Below the pieces are notes generated by a model, which worked only from the letters and a program-made list of their open reading frames with translations, ran no database searches and was not told the origin of the DNA. Below are positions 28,305 to 45,881 of a DNA stretch of 64,000 nt, in pieces. How positions within the stretch are numbered: the stretch's first letter is position 1; each line of letters starts with the position of its first letter. A program made the position numbers and the translations under genes. Origin of the DNA: the human T2T-CHM13v2.0 reference genome, Homo sapiens; NCBI RefSeq assembly GCF_009914755.1, contig NC_060928.1; one strand, given 5' to 3'.

Positions 28305-29820
28305 GTAAGGGCGGAGCGCGGCAGAGTAGCCGCCGCCGCGCGTCCCTCGGTCCCTCCTCGAGTTCCCGCTTCGTGGGCTGGTCGCCCCCTGGCGCTGGAC
28401 AGCTCAGCTGTCAGGCGCCGCGGTTTCGGGACCGCGACACTAAAGCCGCTGGCGAGGTGAATTGCCGCGTCCTTACCGCCCCGCGCTCCCCGGTCCGGAC
28501 AGAACTTGGGCCCCTAGAGTCACCCAGCGCAGAAACGCGCGGGCACACTCACACTGGGGAGCCATGAATTTGTGCTTCTTGGCCTCCCCTGCCTCCTCCC
28601 AGCCCACTCCCATTCCAAAGCCGCTCTCTGTGAGGAAGGAGGTCTGCTGAGAAGTCTCCGGCTGTGATCTAGGACAGACACCTGTTTCTCTCTGCTTTGC
28701 CAATTGGTATATTAAAGAACAGAAGATGGCATCTTTACACCAACCTAGTGTATTTGGTGTTATATTGGGCGTTTGGGTTCATGAACTTCCACCTCACACT
28801 AATTGATTCTGAAAGTACTTTAATTACAGAGACGCATTACAGGTAGTTGTGCAGACATATTCCTGATTCAAGTTTATCGAGTTGATGATCACAACTAACT
28901 TTGATAGTAAAAATATACACACAAAAAAGGAGCGAAACTGGACCTAATGGGTTGCTTTCCTCTGCCCAACAGCCAATCCCCTCCCCAGCTACCTGCAGGG
29001 TGGTGGGGGACAGAGTGGAGTTCTTGTCCTGTGCCACGGGAGAACCCGGACGCGCAGGAATTAACAAGTCATCAGTGCTAGGAAGCTGGGAGGCGGACGA
29101 TGGCTCCTAAAGTCCCAGTATATTCCTAGCCAAACTTCCCGGATAGGCCCACTGAATGGACACTCACCTGGAGAGTTGGCCGTGCTCTCCACAGGACCCA
29201 GAAATGCCTTATCCCTATTTAGGCCAGAGAGAACAGGCGCCACTATGTGGTGAAAAGCCACATCAGTCTGGGAAGGATTTGCATCCTGCCACCAGCTCCC
29301 CACACTTCTGAACTGCAACAAGGTAACTGCATTTTAGTGGATTGACACTTTTGGACTTCAAAGATTGGTTACAGAGGCATTTCACTTAAATATGGATTAC
29401 AGGTTTCAAAAGTGTTATTCTTCAGTACATTTAAAAAATAAATGTAGGTGGTATTTCCAATATAGCTCCTGGCTTCAAAAGCAAAATTTTAAAACATTAT
29501 ACAGATAATATATTTAAAGTCATAAAAGTCAGTTTATGCCTTGCATCCAAGACACTGAAAAAGTAATGCTGCTAAACAATGTTTACATCTAAATTTTTGA
29601 ATGTTTAAATAAACAAAAAATGAAATATACGCTATAAACATCTTGATAGACTAAAATCATCTTTGTAGCATATGTGGAAGATTGGCAAATTTAAACCTAG
29701 TATTATTAAGAAAGGTTTTAATATTTTTTAAGGCACAGTTCTTCATGTGAGTATGGACCTAAAACATTAATATTAATTACAGATGTGAAATTAATAATTT
29801 GTGTTTCATCAATCAGAATT

Positions 29821-30208
<388 letters not shown>

Positions 30209-30577
30209 TGATTAAGCTTATTTTTGTTGTACTTTCATAAAAAGTAAGATGAAGATTTAGTTGAATAATGATAATTAGACAGGTATATATATGTTTACAT
30301 ATATATGTATATATTTGGATTGATTAGTGACAACTTTTAAAGTGCTATTATTTCTAGAGATCTACATTCTCAAATACTTTCTGTGGATGTAAGTTCATTG
30401 TGCACTTAGGTCACACAGAAACAAGTAGACTCCTCAGCATTCTTTCAGTAGTATGGCAAGCATGTTTCACAAATCATGGATCATGCTAAGTGAGCTGATA
30501 CTTGTGCTTTTCCTCTCTCTCTCTCTCACACACATCATCATCATCAGTAACTGACTTTGATTTGAATGGAACAACTT

Positions 30578-30813
30578 TTAAAACATTTTATTTTAACTAA
30601 CAAAATTGTCGATATTTATCATATACAACATGATGTTTTAAATTATATATATTGTGGAATGGCTAAATCAAGTTAACATATGTATTACCTCACATAATTA
30701 TCATTTTTTTGTGGTGAGAACACTTAAAAATCTATTTTCTTGACATTTTAAAAGAACATAATATATTGTTATTAACTGTAGTCACAATGTTATACAAGAG
30801 ATCTCTTGAATTT
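30578..30813 (-). mobile_element. L1MA 3' end fragment
   Basis: atattgtggaatggctaaatcaag...gtggtgagaacacttaaaa; TSD atttgaatggaacaactt / atttgaatgaaacaaatt. Confidence 0.82.
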
Positions 30814-31344
30814 ATTTGAATGAAACAAATTGTAAACTGTAAATTAGAGGTAGCATGTTTAGTTAGAAGAGGCTAGAGTCACAAGATTTTTTTTTGGTTC
30901 TAACTCTGCAATATTGTGTTTTTAATCAACTTGAAATTCCATTTTTTACCTACAAAATGAAACAGTTGGACTAGATTATTCAAGTTTCCTAAAGTATATA
31001 AAATGTTATGAGTTATCTATACTTTCATCTGATTATCTGTACACCCATGTATTTATCCAGCCACCTTTTTAGTCGATAATCCTTCACCAAGCGCCTGATG
31101 TAGTGGATATTGCCTACACTGCTAAGAGTTTAAGTAAGAATCTATTCTAGACTTGACCTCAGAAACCTAAGTATATAATGCTTACAGTCCGGTCTAAGTT
31201 TTATTTATTCAGCAAGCATTTTACAAACATTTACTATCTTCCAGGTACTCTTGTATTGTGTAGTATATTCTGCTCCCAAAAGTTTTCAGTTAATCTGCAT
31301 AAAAAGTTAGTACCAATGATTGACATACAAATAATCATATAATC

Positions 31345-31793
31345 TGTGCCAGATCCATTCTGTGCCCCTGGACAATGACCTTCACAGTCATTAATCAGGA
31401 GCTTTTGGCTTTGGGTTGGTTTCAGCCAATAGGAGGTACCAACTGGAGTTCAGGGGGCTGGAAGGAAGTGGTTAGATAATTTATTCCCTGCCATCTTCCT
31501 ACTGTCTGTGGTTTAGAAGCAGCTACCTTCCTTAGGTTTGGCCATCTTCTCATTCCATTAGCTATAGCACTCTCTCCAGGGTCTGGCAGCACTCCCTGCT
31601 CTAGGAATTGCTTCCTCCCTTATCTTCTTTTATGCCAAATGGTGTTAATGGCTTCCCACTGTTGCTAACCCAAGGATGCTTCACGATCCCATGTTGGTTT
31701 CCATTAATTTTGCCCGTATCTTTGTAAATAGTGCTTTTATTCTTTTTGGTCGTGAGTTTGCCAACAATTTGCTGCCATTACCCTGACCACAAT
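31345..31793 (+). mobile_element. LTR33-type (ERVL) solo LTR
   Basis: ttggtttcagccaataggagg...aatggcttcccactgttgcta...ctttgtaaatagt...ccctgac. Confidence 0.65.
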
Positions 31794-33112
31794 ATAATTA
31801 TTTAACATCTCAGATCACAGTAAGTACACAAATAGTGTATGAATCTAATAACCACACAACTTTTTACATAATGCTTGCTTAGGAAGAAAGAGAAATGTGG
31901 AAAAAAGGAAACTAACCCCAGTTAATTATTTGATAAGCTAGAGAGGAGTAAGGTGGCTCAGAAGAATAAAAGAAGCACTTTATGCTATGTACACTGTGCT
32001 TTGCTTATTTTACTGAATAGCTTCAAAGCATCAAAAGAAATGCATCACTGTATCAGCAATTAGATTTTCCTCTGCTAACCCAAAGAAATATATTTGTTCT
32101 GGGAGTTAGTATTATCTAACCTAATTAACTTAATTCCCTAAATCAATATAGAAATAGTTGAAAAGTTTTGGCAAAATTATTACAATATAATTTTCCAGGT
32201 TCTTTCTTAGTAATTCTTCTATTTAAATAAACACAGGCCCTTTATTTTAATAAAGGTGCCTATGACCACTGGAAAAATAAAAGTCCTAATTAACCTGCTT
32301 TTCTCAGGTAAAGGATCAAAGAGTGTTGGAATTATTTAAAATGTCTCTGACTAATGGATAGCAGTAATGGCTAAAGTATTTACAGAGATAAACAACATGG
32401 AGTTTCACTTAGGGCATTGTCTTCCCATTATTTATAAAATAGAAATGGGGAGGGGCCAAGATGGCTGACTAGAAGCAACTGCAGTCCATGGCTGTCATGG
32501 AGAAGAATGAAAATGGAGAGTGAATTTGGCACCTTCAACTGAAATATCCAAGTTTTCACTTTGGGACTCACTAGGCAATCAACTCGACCCATGGATAATG
32601 AAGAAAAGCAGGGTGAGACAGAGCCAAAGGATCCCTCATTCCCAGCCAAAGGAAGCTGTGAGTGATTGTGCAACCCTGCCTTGGAAACCACACTTCTCCC
32701 ACAGATCGTTGCAACCCACAGATCAGGAGATCCCCTCAGGAGGCCACTTTACCAGGGCCTTCCATCCAATACTCAGAACTGTGCAAAGTCTCAGCAGAGT
32801 AGTCACTCAGGCTCACACAGAGGCTCACACAGAGACCCAGGAGTTTTTCAGTCTCCAGCCTTGGGAATCCTGACAAGGTGGGAGTTTCATCCTTATATTC
32901 CTCTAGGAGATTCAGGGAGTCAAGCAGTGTCATTCTGCAGGCCCCACTTCCCTTGCACCTCACAAGCTAAGACCCACTCGCTTAGAATTCCAGTTGGCTA
33001 GTGCAGTAGACTGGAGACTGCCTAAGATGGACAAATTCCCAGGGGGACAGGTGGCTGACATTTTTGCAGATTGGGCAACTCAGTTCTAGCCTTCTGGCTC
33101 TGGGGAGTCTAG

Positions 33113-33508
<396 letters not shown>

Positions 33509-35927
33509 TGAGTTAGATTCCAATCCATTCCTTCCCACTGGGCAGGGGCCTCCCTGCAGGAATTTCAGCAACTCCAGCCAGGGTTATACAGACAGAACTC
33601 TGATCTCTTCCTGGGAAAGAGCCTCTGAGGGGAGAAGCAGCCAATGTCTCTGCAGTTCAGTTGACTCAGCCTTTCTAGCTTGCTGGCTCTGGAGAGTCCA
33701 GGCAGTGTGGATGAGGAAGGATCCCCCAACGCAGCACACCTGCTCTACCAAAAAGCAACCAGACTGCTTCTTTCAGTGGGCTCTTGATCCCATCCTTCCT
33801 GACTGAGGTCTCTCAACAGGGGTCTCCAGACACCTCCTACAGGAGGGTCTGGGCCAGCAACAGGTCAGTACTCCACTGGGATGGAGCTCCCGGAGGAAGG
33901 AGAAGGCTGCCATCTTTGCTGTTTCACAGCCTTCACTGGTGATACCTTCAGGTAAGGGAAAAACCGAGGCACCTAGGGTCTGCAGTGATCCCCCAACAAG
34001 CAGCCCTATGGAAGAATGGCCTGAGATTTAAAAGAAAAATAGAAAGAAACAACAACAACAAAGACCCCATAAAAACCCCATTTAAAGTTCAGCATCTTCA
34101 AAAATTAAAGTTAGATAAGCCACAAAATGTGAGAAACAGTCATTGCAAAAATGCTGAAACTCGAAAAGCCAGAGTGCCTTCTTTTCCTCCAAATAACTGC
34201 AACAGGTCTCCAGCAAGGGCACAGAATTGGGCTGAGGCTGAGCTGCCTGAATTGGCAGAGGTAGGCTTCACAAGTTGGGTAATAATGAGCTTTGCTGAGC
34301 TAAAGGAGCATGTTGTAACCCAATGAAAAGAAGCTAGAATCATGATAAAACAGTACAGGAGCTGATAGCAAGAATAGCTGGGTAAGAGAGGAGCATCACT
34401 GACCTGATGGAGATGAAAAACACAAGAAATTCACAATGTAATCACAAGTATCAATAGCAGAATAGACCAACCAGAGGAAAGACTCTCAGAGATTGAAGAC
34501 CATCTTTCTGAAAGAAGACAGGCAGGCAAGAACAGAGAAAAAAGAACGAAAAGGAACAAACAAAACCTGTGAGAAATATGAGACTATGTAAAAAGACTGA
34601 ACCTACGACTGATTGGGGTACCTGAAAGAAACTGGAAGAACCGAACCAAGTTTGAAAACATACTTCAGGATATCATCCAGGAGAACTTCCTGAGCCTAAG
34701 AAGATAGGCCAACATTCAGGTTCAGGAAATACAGACAACTCTAGTAAGATATTCCACAAGAAGATCAACCTCAAGACACATAATCCTCAGATTCTCCAAG
34801 GTTGAAATTAAAGAAAAAATGTTAAAGGCAGCCGCAGAGAAAGGCCAGGTCACCTACAAAGGGAAACCTATTAGACTGACAGTGGACCTCTCAGTGGAAA
34901 CCCTACAAGCCAGAAGAGATTGCAGACCAATGTTCAACATTCTTCAAGAAAAGAATTTCCAATCTAGAATTTCATTTCCAGCCAAGCTAAGCTTCATTAG
35001 CACAGGAGAAATAAGATCCTTTTCAGACAAGCAAATGCTGAGGAAATTCATCACCACCAGGCCTGCTTTGCAAGAGTTCCTAAAGAAAGCACTAAATATG
35101 GAAAGGAAAAATCATTACCAGCCACTACAAAAACACACTGAAGTACACAGTACACCAACTAATGACACTATGAAGCAACCACATAAACAAGTCTGCAAAA
35201 TAACCAGCTAGCATCATGATGATAGGATCAAATTCTCACATAACAATATTAAACTTAATGTAAGTGGGCTAAATGCTCCAATTAAAAGACACAGAATGGC
35301 AATCTGGATAAAGAGTCATGACCCATTGCTATGCTGTATTCAAGAGACCCATCTCATGTGCAGTGACACACATAGGCTCAAAATAAAGGGATGGAGAAAT
35401 ACTTACCAAGAAAATGGAAAACAGAAAAAAGCAGGGGTTGCAATCCTAGTTTCTGACAAAGCAGACTTTAAAACAACAAAGATTTAAAAAGACAAAGAAG
35501 GGATGTACATAATGAGAAAGGGTTCAACTCAATAAGAAGAGCTAACTATCTTAAATATATATGCACCTAATACAGGAGCACCCAGATTCATAAAGCAAGT
35601 TCTTAGAGACCTACAAAGAGACTTAGAATTTCACACAATAATGGTGAGAGACATTAACACCCTACTGGCAATATTAGACAGATCATTGAGACAGAAAATT
35701 AACAAAGATATTCAGGACCTGAACTCAGCTCTGGAACTAGTGGACCTCATAGACACCTACAGAACTCTCAACCCAAACAACAGAATATACATTCTTCTCA
35801 TTGTCACATGGCACTTACCCTAAAATTGATCACATATTTGGAAGTAAAACACTCTTAAGCAAATGCAAAAGAACTGAAATAATAACAGTCTATCAGACCA
35901 CAGTGCAATCAAATTAGAACTCAAGAC

Positions 35928-36267
<340 letters not shown>

Positions 36268-37688
36268 TCAACACCACACAACTAAATGGAAACTGAATAA
36301 CCTGCTTTTGAATGACTCCTGGGTGAATAATGAAATTAAGGTAGAAATCAAGAAGCTATTTGTAACTAATGAGAACAAGGAGACAATGTACCAGAATCTC
36401 TGGGATCCTGCCAAAGCAGTGTGAAGAGAGAAATTTGTAGCACTAAATGCCTGCATCAAAAGACTAAAAAGATCTCAAGTTAACAACCTGACAACACAAC
36501 TAAAAGAACCAGAGTACCAAGAGCAAACAAACCACAAAGCTGGCAGAAGACAGGAAATAACCAACATCAGAGCTGAACTGAAGGAGATAGAAACATGAAC
36601 AACTCTTCAAAAAAATCAACAAATCCAGGAGCTAGTTTTTTGAAAAAATTAATAAGATAGATAGACTGCTACCTAGACTAGTAAAAAAAAAAGAGAGAGA
36701 GAGAGAATCAAATGGACACAATCAGAAATGATAAGGAAGATATCACCACTGACCCCACAAAAATACAACCATCAGATAATATTATGAACACCTCTTCGTG
36801 CAGAAAATAGAAAATCTAGAAGAAATGTATAAATTTCTGGACAAATACACCCTCCCAAGACTGAACCAGGAAGAAATTGAATCCCTGAGTAGAACAATAA
36901 CAAATTCTGAAATTGAAGCAACAATAAACAGCCTACCAATCAAAAAAAGCCCAAGACCAGATGTATTTACACCTGAATTCTACCAGAGGTATAAAGAAGA
37001 GCTGATATCATTTCTAATGAAACTATTTCAAAAAATTGAAAAAGGGGAACTCCTCCCTGTTTATAAAGCCAGTATTATCCTGATACCATAACTTGGCAGA
37101 TATACAACAAAAAAAGAAAACTTCAGTCCAATATCCCTGATGAATATCAATCCAAAATCCTCAATAAAATACTGGCAAACTGAATCCAGCAGTACATAAG
37201 AAACCTTATCCATCACAGTCAAGTTGGCTTCATCCTTGGGATGCAAGGTTGGTTCAACATAGGCAAATTAATAGATGTAATTCATCATATAAACATAACT
37301 AAAATAAAAAACCACATGATTATCTCAATAGATGCAGAAAAGACCTTCAATAAAATTCAACATCCCTTTATGTTACTCTCAGTAAACTAGATATTGAAGA
37401 AACATAAATCAAAATAATAAGAGCAATATATGTCAAGCCCACAGACAATATCATACTGAATGGGCAAAAGCTGGAAGTATTCCCCATGAAAACTGGCACA
37501 AGACAAGGATGTCCTCTCTCTCATTACTCCTATTCAACATAGTATTGAAAGTTCTGACCAGGGCAATCAGGCAAGAGAAAGAAATGAAGGGTTTTCAAAT
37601 AGTGAGAGAGGAAGTCAAGTGATGTTTGTTTGCAGATGACATGATCCTATATCTAGAAAATCCCATTGTCCCAGCCCAACAGTTTCTT

Positions 37689-39814
<2,126 letters not shown>

Positions 39815-41024
39815 CAGCCCACAGTTTCTTAAGCTGATATGCAACTTCAGCAAAGTCTCAGGATACAAAAGCAATGTGCAAAATTGCTAACATTCCTATA
39901 CACCAACAACAGGCAAGCAAAGAGCCGAATCATGTATGAACTCTCATTTACAATTGCTATAAAAAGAATGAAGTGCCTAAGAATAGAGCTAACAAGGAAA
40001 GTGAAGGACCTCTTCAAGGAGAACTACAAACCTCTGCTCAAGGAAATCAGAGAGGATACAAACAAATGGAAAAACCTTCCATGCTCATGGATAGGAAGAA
40101 TTAATGTTGTAAAAATGGCCATGCTGCCCAAAGTAATTTATAGATACAATGCTATTCCCATTAAGCTACCATTGACATTCTTCACAGAATTAAAAGAAAC
40201 TATTTTAAAAAACATATAGAACCAAAAAGAGCTCACATAGCCAAGACAATCCTAAGCATAAAGATAAAAGCTGGAGGCATTATGGTACCTGACTTCAAAC
40301 TATAAGGCTACAGTAACCAAAACAGCATGATAATGATACAAAACCAGACACACAGAGCAACAGAACAGAATAGAGAACTGAGCAATAGATCAGAATAGAG
40401 AAGATAGAATAAGACCACCCACCTACAACCATCTCATCTTTGACAAACCTGACAATAGCAATGGAGAAAGGATTCCCTATTTAATAAATGGCGTTGGGAG
40501 AACTGGTTAGTTATATGCAGAAAAATTGAAACTGGATCCCCTCTGTACACCATATACAAAAATTAGCTCAAGATTGATTAAAGACTTAAATGTAAAACCC
40601 AAAACAATAACAACCCTAAAAGAAAATCTAGGCAGTAACACTCAGGACGTCAGCATGGGCAAAGATTTCATGATGAAAACACCAAAAGCAATTGCAGCAA
40701 AAGCAAAAATTGACAAATGGGATCTCATTAAAGAGCTTTTACATAGCAAATGAAAATTAGAGTGAACAGACAACATACAGAATTGTAGAAAATTTTTGCA
40801 ATCTATCCGTCTGACAAAGGTCTAATATCCAGAATCTACAAGAAACTTAAACAAATTTACAAGAATAAAACAATCCCATTAAAAACTGGGCAAAGGACAT
40901 GAACAAACACTTCTCAATAGTAGACATTCATGCAGCCAACAAACATATAAAAAAAGCTCAACATCACTGATCATTAGGGAAATGCAAATCAAACCACAAT
41001 GAGATACCATCTCACGCCAGTAAG

Positions 41025-41195
41025 AGTTTGAGTGAGAACTTGGCCATCTGCAATTCAAGAAGAAAGTTCTCAGAAAAAACCCAACCTGCCAACACCTTGC
41101 TGTTCGACCTTCAGAACTGTGAGAAAATAAATTTCTGTGATTTGAGCTACCCAGTTTGTGGTATTTTCTTATGGGAGCCCTGGCTCCCATATATA
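41025..41195 (+). mobile_element. MLT1 (MaLR) LTR 3' fragment
   Basis: cctgccaacaccttg...cagaactgtgagaaaataaatttctg...cccagtttgtggtattt. Confidence 0.8.
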
Positions 41196-41329
41196 TGAAA
41201 TACCGAGGAATCCCAAACTAATATAGCAGCAAACACATGTTTACCTAAAATCTCATCTTTATTTCAGGTGTCTAAAGGTGATAAACTAAATAAGTTTTGC
41301 TTCTACATTCCATGGACTACACACACAGA

Positions 41330-41793
41330 CAGACATGAGTGCACATAATTTATTTTATAGAGTTTTGACCTTACACAACATGAGAGCTGTTAACACGGTT
41401 GATGAAATAGTGATGAATTGGTGTCTGGTCCTGGAGCCTGAAGTCACACTGAGACCTGCAAGGATAACCTAGAATCCATGAGGACAGAATGAAACGTCTG
41501 TCAGGTGCTCGTGACCCTGCCTGCCATACAATTTTAATGGTAGGGGCATTCTGCAGGAGAAGCTGGCACCTTTAGTCACAGAGCTAACCATGCACTTGAC
41601 ACAGATGTTGGAGAAGCTTAAGGAAGAGAGCCTCCAAAAGCCAAAACAATATTGCTGCTCCTTCACTTCTCCTTTCTAAATGTATTACAAATGTCTCTTG
41701 TGGTTCACCCTGACATGTAACTATCCAAGTAAGTAAAATTATGGGAAATGAAGTTTCAGCTTAGATAATTTGATGCAATACAAATTCACTACA
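41330..41793 (-). mobile_element. MLT2-type (ERVL) LTR, diverged
   Basis: Ends gggaaatgaagtttcagcttagataatttgatgcaatacaaattcactaca. Confidence 0.5.
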
Positions 41794-42832
41794 TATGCCA
41801 TGTTTTAATATTTCACATGGAGAATATATTTATGTCTGACTTGTATAAATAAAAATTAGCACAAATAAAGGATGAGAGTTTCTCAAATGTTACAGGACAT
41901 GCATAGCCCTGACATCAATTTTTAAAAAGCAAAACAAAGTAGAAAGCTGAAGACTAATTTTACTTATGAACTGGATGAAAGAAATTTAAAATGAATCCAA
42001 GAATATATTAAGAAATAATAATGTCAGAGTGAAAATAGTATGATTTGTTATAGGACTGCAACGAGGAACTCATGATATTAAATGTAAAAAGAAAAAAAGA
42101 TTATTTCTATAGATGAAGAAAAAGCATAGATAAAATTCTAAAGCCATTCTTACTATAACTTGATAAGGAGTATTTTCAAACACTTATAGGAAACGTCATA
42201 CTCAGTGTTTAAACACTTGAATGGTTAGCATTAGAATTAGAAACATGATAAAAATGGTTGCTACTACTAGTAATGTTTTATTGGCAGTCTAGCAGTGCAG
42301 TGCTGCAATTTAAGGAAAGTGTCATAAATATTTGAAAAGAGTCAGAATATAATTACATATAGGCAATATGATTATCTACAATGAACATACAAGAAAAAAT
42401 GCTGAAATCCTATTTTAACAAATAAGTGAGTTTAGAAAGGAAGTTGAAAATTGAGTGAAAACAACTCTGTTCACCAGCAATGAATAAGATAATAACAAAA
42501 GACATAAACAAAAATGAACACAGCCTCAGTAACCTGTGGGGCAATGTCAAACAGTCTAACATACATTTAAATGGAGTCCAAAATGAACAAAGGGAAGGAA
42601 GGAATAAAATATATTTTAAACGGTAATAGCTAAACATTTTCCAAATTTTATGAAAAGTACAAACCCACAGAGCCAAGAAGTTCAATGAATTCCAAGCAGA
42701 ATAAATGCAAAGAAAACTACACGAAGGAATGTTTTAATAAAATCACTGAAAACTAGTGATAAAGAGAAAATCTTAAAAACAAAAGTAAAAGAACACATTA
42801 TAAAGTAAACCAAAAACAGGAATGACTGAATA

Positions 42833-43391
42833 TTACCCAGCAATCCCATTACTGGGTATATACCCAAAGGATTATAAATCATTCTACTATAAAGACACAT
42901 GCACATATATGTTTATTGCAGTACTATTTACAATAGCAAAGACTTGGAACAAACCCAAATGCCACCAATGATATACTGGATAAAGAAAACGTAGCACATA
43001 TACACCATGGAATACTATGCAGCCATACAAAACAATGAGTTCATGTCCTTTGCAGGGACATGGATGAAGCTGGAAGCTGTCATCCTCGGCAAACTAACAC
43101 AGGAACAGAAAACCAAACACCACATGTTCTCACTAATAAGTGGGAGCTGAACAATGAGAACGCACGGACACACAGAGGGGAATATTACACACCCGGGCCT
43201 GTTGGGGGTGGAGGGAAAGGGGAGGGAGAGCATTAGGACAAATGGCTAATGCTTGCGGGGCTGAAAACCTAGATGATGGATTGATAGGTGCAGCAAACCA
43301 CCATGGCACATGTATACCTATGTAACAAAGCTGCACTTTCTGCACATGTATCCCAGAACTTAAAGTAAAAAATAAGTAAATAAAAAAAAAG
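42833..43391 (+). mobile_element. L1PA8-like 3' end
   Basis: cccagcaatcccattactggg...gcggggctgaaaacctagatgatgg...cccagaacttaaagta followed by an A tail. Confidence 0.9.
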
Positions 43392-44694
43392 AAACAATGC
43401 AAGCCATAGAAAAATGAACGGCATCTTTAAAGTGCTGAAAGATTTGAAAAAAGTCAACCTAGAACACTGTATCAGAAGAAAAGAGTAAGGTGAGATAATT
43501 TATTTTCCAGCCAGGATAATTTGTTGTTAGCAGATATATATTACTAGAAATGTTTAATGAAGTTCTTCAGGTTGAAGGAAAATTATATATAAGCAGGAAA
43601 CTTGGATCAAAATGAAAATGAATGAAAAGCACCAGAAATGCTAAATATGTGAATACAAATTTTTTCTCAGTTTTATATTTAAAGATTATTGATTATTTAA
43701 AGAAAAATAATGACATTGCATTTTGTGGTTTATAACATGCACAGAAATACAGTATGAAACAACAATAGCACAAAAGATAGCAGAGGATAATGTTGCAATG
43801 GGTTCTTATACTTGAGATGGTGTAATATTATTTGAAAGTAGAATGTAATAAGCTAATAATTCTTGTAAATCACAGAGTACCTGCTGAAAAATAAAGTAGA
43901 CATATAACTAAAAATGTAATAGTGGAGATAAAATGGAAATAAGAAACAAAAAATAGAAAGCAAAAATAATCAAATATCAAAGCAAATGGGACTAATAAGA
44001 AAGAAATAACAAGGTAGTATATTAAAACCCAACCATACTGAAAATTACATTAAATGTAAATGATCTAAACATTTCAATTTAAAAGCAGAGATGGTCAGAA
44101 TAGATAAAAGTTCAAGAGCCATATATGCTGTCCCACCTTAAATATAAATACAACAATTTAATGTAAATGTATTAACATTAACAGATTAATAATAAAACAT
44201 TAAGATTAATATTAATGTTATAGTTATAGTAATATATTAATAACATTAAATTAACAATCTATTAATGTTAATACATTAAATTGTTTTATAATTAATGATT
44301 TATTAATAATTATGATTTATAAATAATGTTAATATAATGTTAATTTTATATTAACATTAATAGATAATTTTAAATAGATTAAAAGGATGGGAAATATGTA
44401 TTATACAAGCATAAAGAAAAGGAGATTTATAATGTCTATATTAATATCAGGCAAAGTAGACCTCAGAACTAGAAGTATTTCAGGGAAAAAGAAGGACTTT
44501 TTAATATAGATAAATGAGTCAATCAATACATTAGCTTACATGCCTCATGCCAGATCCTCAAAATGCGTTATGCAAAATTGATAAGAATTGAAAGAGTAGA
44601 CAAATTCACAATTGTTTCTAGAGACATAAACATTCTGTTTTCAGTAATTGATAGAACCAGAAGTTAGAATAAATGTAAGTATGTAAAAGATTTA

Positions 44695-45062
<368 letters not shown>

Positions 45063-45591
45063 TTATGAAGAAGGACCATATGCAGGGTCATAAAACAAGT
45101 CTCAATACATTTAAAATACTGAAATCATACAAAAGTATATTCTGTGATCATAACAGAATTAAAACTAGAAATCAACTATAGGAATATACCCCTCAAATTC
45201 CAAAATATTTGGATAATAAACAACATAGTTCTAAATAACGCAATGTCAAAAAAGAAATTAAAAGAAAAATTAGAAAAAAATTTGATTTGAGTAAAAAAGA
45301 AAACAAAATATATAAATGTTTATTGGATATACATAAAGGAATCTATAGAGGGAACTTCACAGTTTTAAAAGTTTATATGGGGAAAGGAGAAAGGTCTAGA
45401 AATTAATGATAGTAGCTTCTACCTTAAGAAGCTTTAAAACAATACAAATTGAGTCCAAGCAAGTAGACAGAAGGAATAACAAAGAGCAGAAATCAGTGAA
45501 GTAGAAAATTGAAAAATAATAGAGATCAATGCTATCAAAAGTTACTTTTATAAAATATCAATAAAATTGACAAACCCCTTACTAGGCTGAT

Positions 45592-45881
45592 TGTAGTCAC
45601 CCTAAACATCTCTTCCAAAGTCATACTCCCTTCTTGGGGCAGTTCTCTTTAAATTACTGCTTATTGTGGATAAAAAGATGTGGCCACTTTAATCAATTTG
45701 GGTCAACTCGAAAGGACCATCCAACTCCAGAGCTGCTGAGGCCCTGTTATAAATTATCTCACTGCCCAATCCTGCTTTCTTCACCCCTGTGGGAGTGCAA
45801 ATTCTGAGAGTGCTCTCCAGTAAATTTTCTGCACACAAATCCACATCCCAAAGTCTGTTGTGGGGAGACACCTCCTGCAAT
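45592..45881 (+). mobile_element. LTR16-type (ERVL) LTR
   Basis: gcccaatcctgctttc...gagagtgctctccagtaaattttctgcacacaaatccacatcccaaagtctg. Confidence 0.7.

Larger units (their letters stand above)
28060..28670 (+). promoter_or_regulatory. CFAP299: CpG-rich promoter region of CFAP299
   Basis: Dense CpGs in an otherwise CpG-poor window; inverted CCAAT (ctgattggc 28107-28115), GT-box gggtggagcc 28127-28136. Confidence 0.85.

Noticed and set aside
28305-28460. Remainder of the 88-aa ORF from 28194
   Set aside because: Read-through past a strong splice donor into intron 1.
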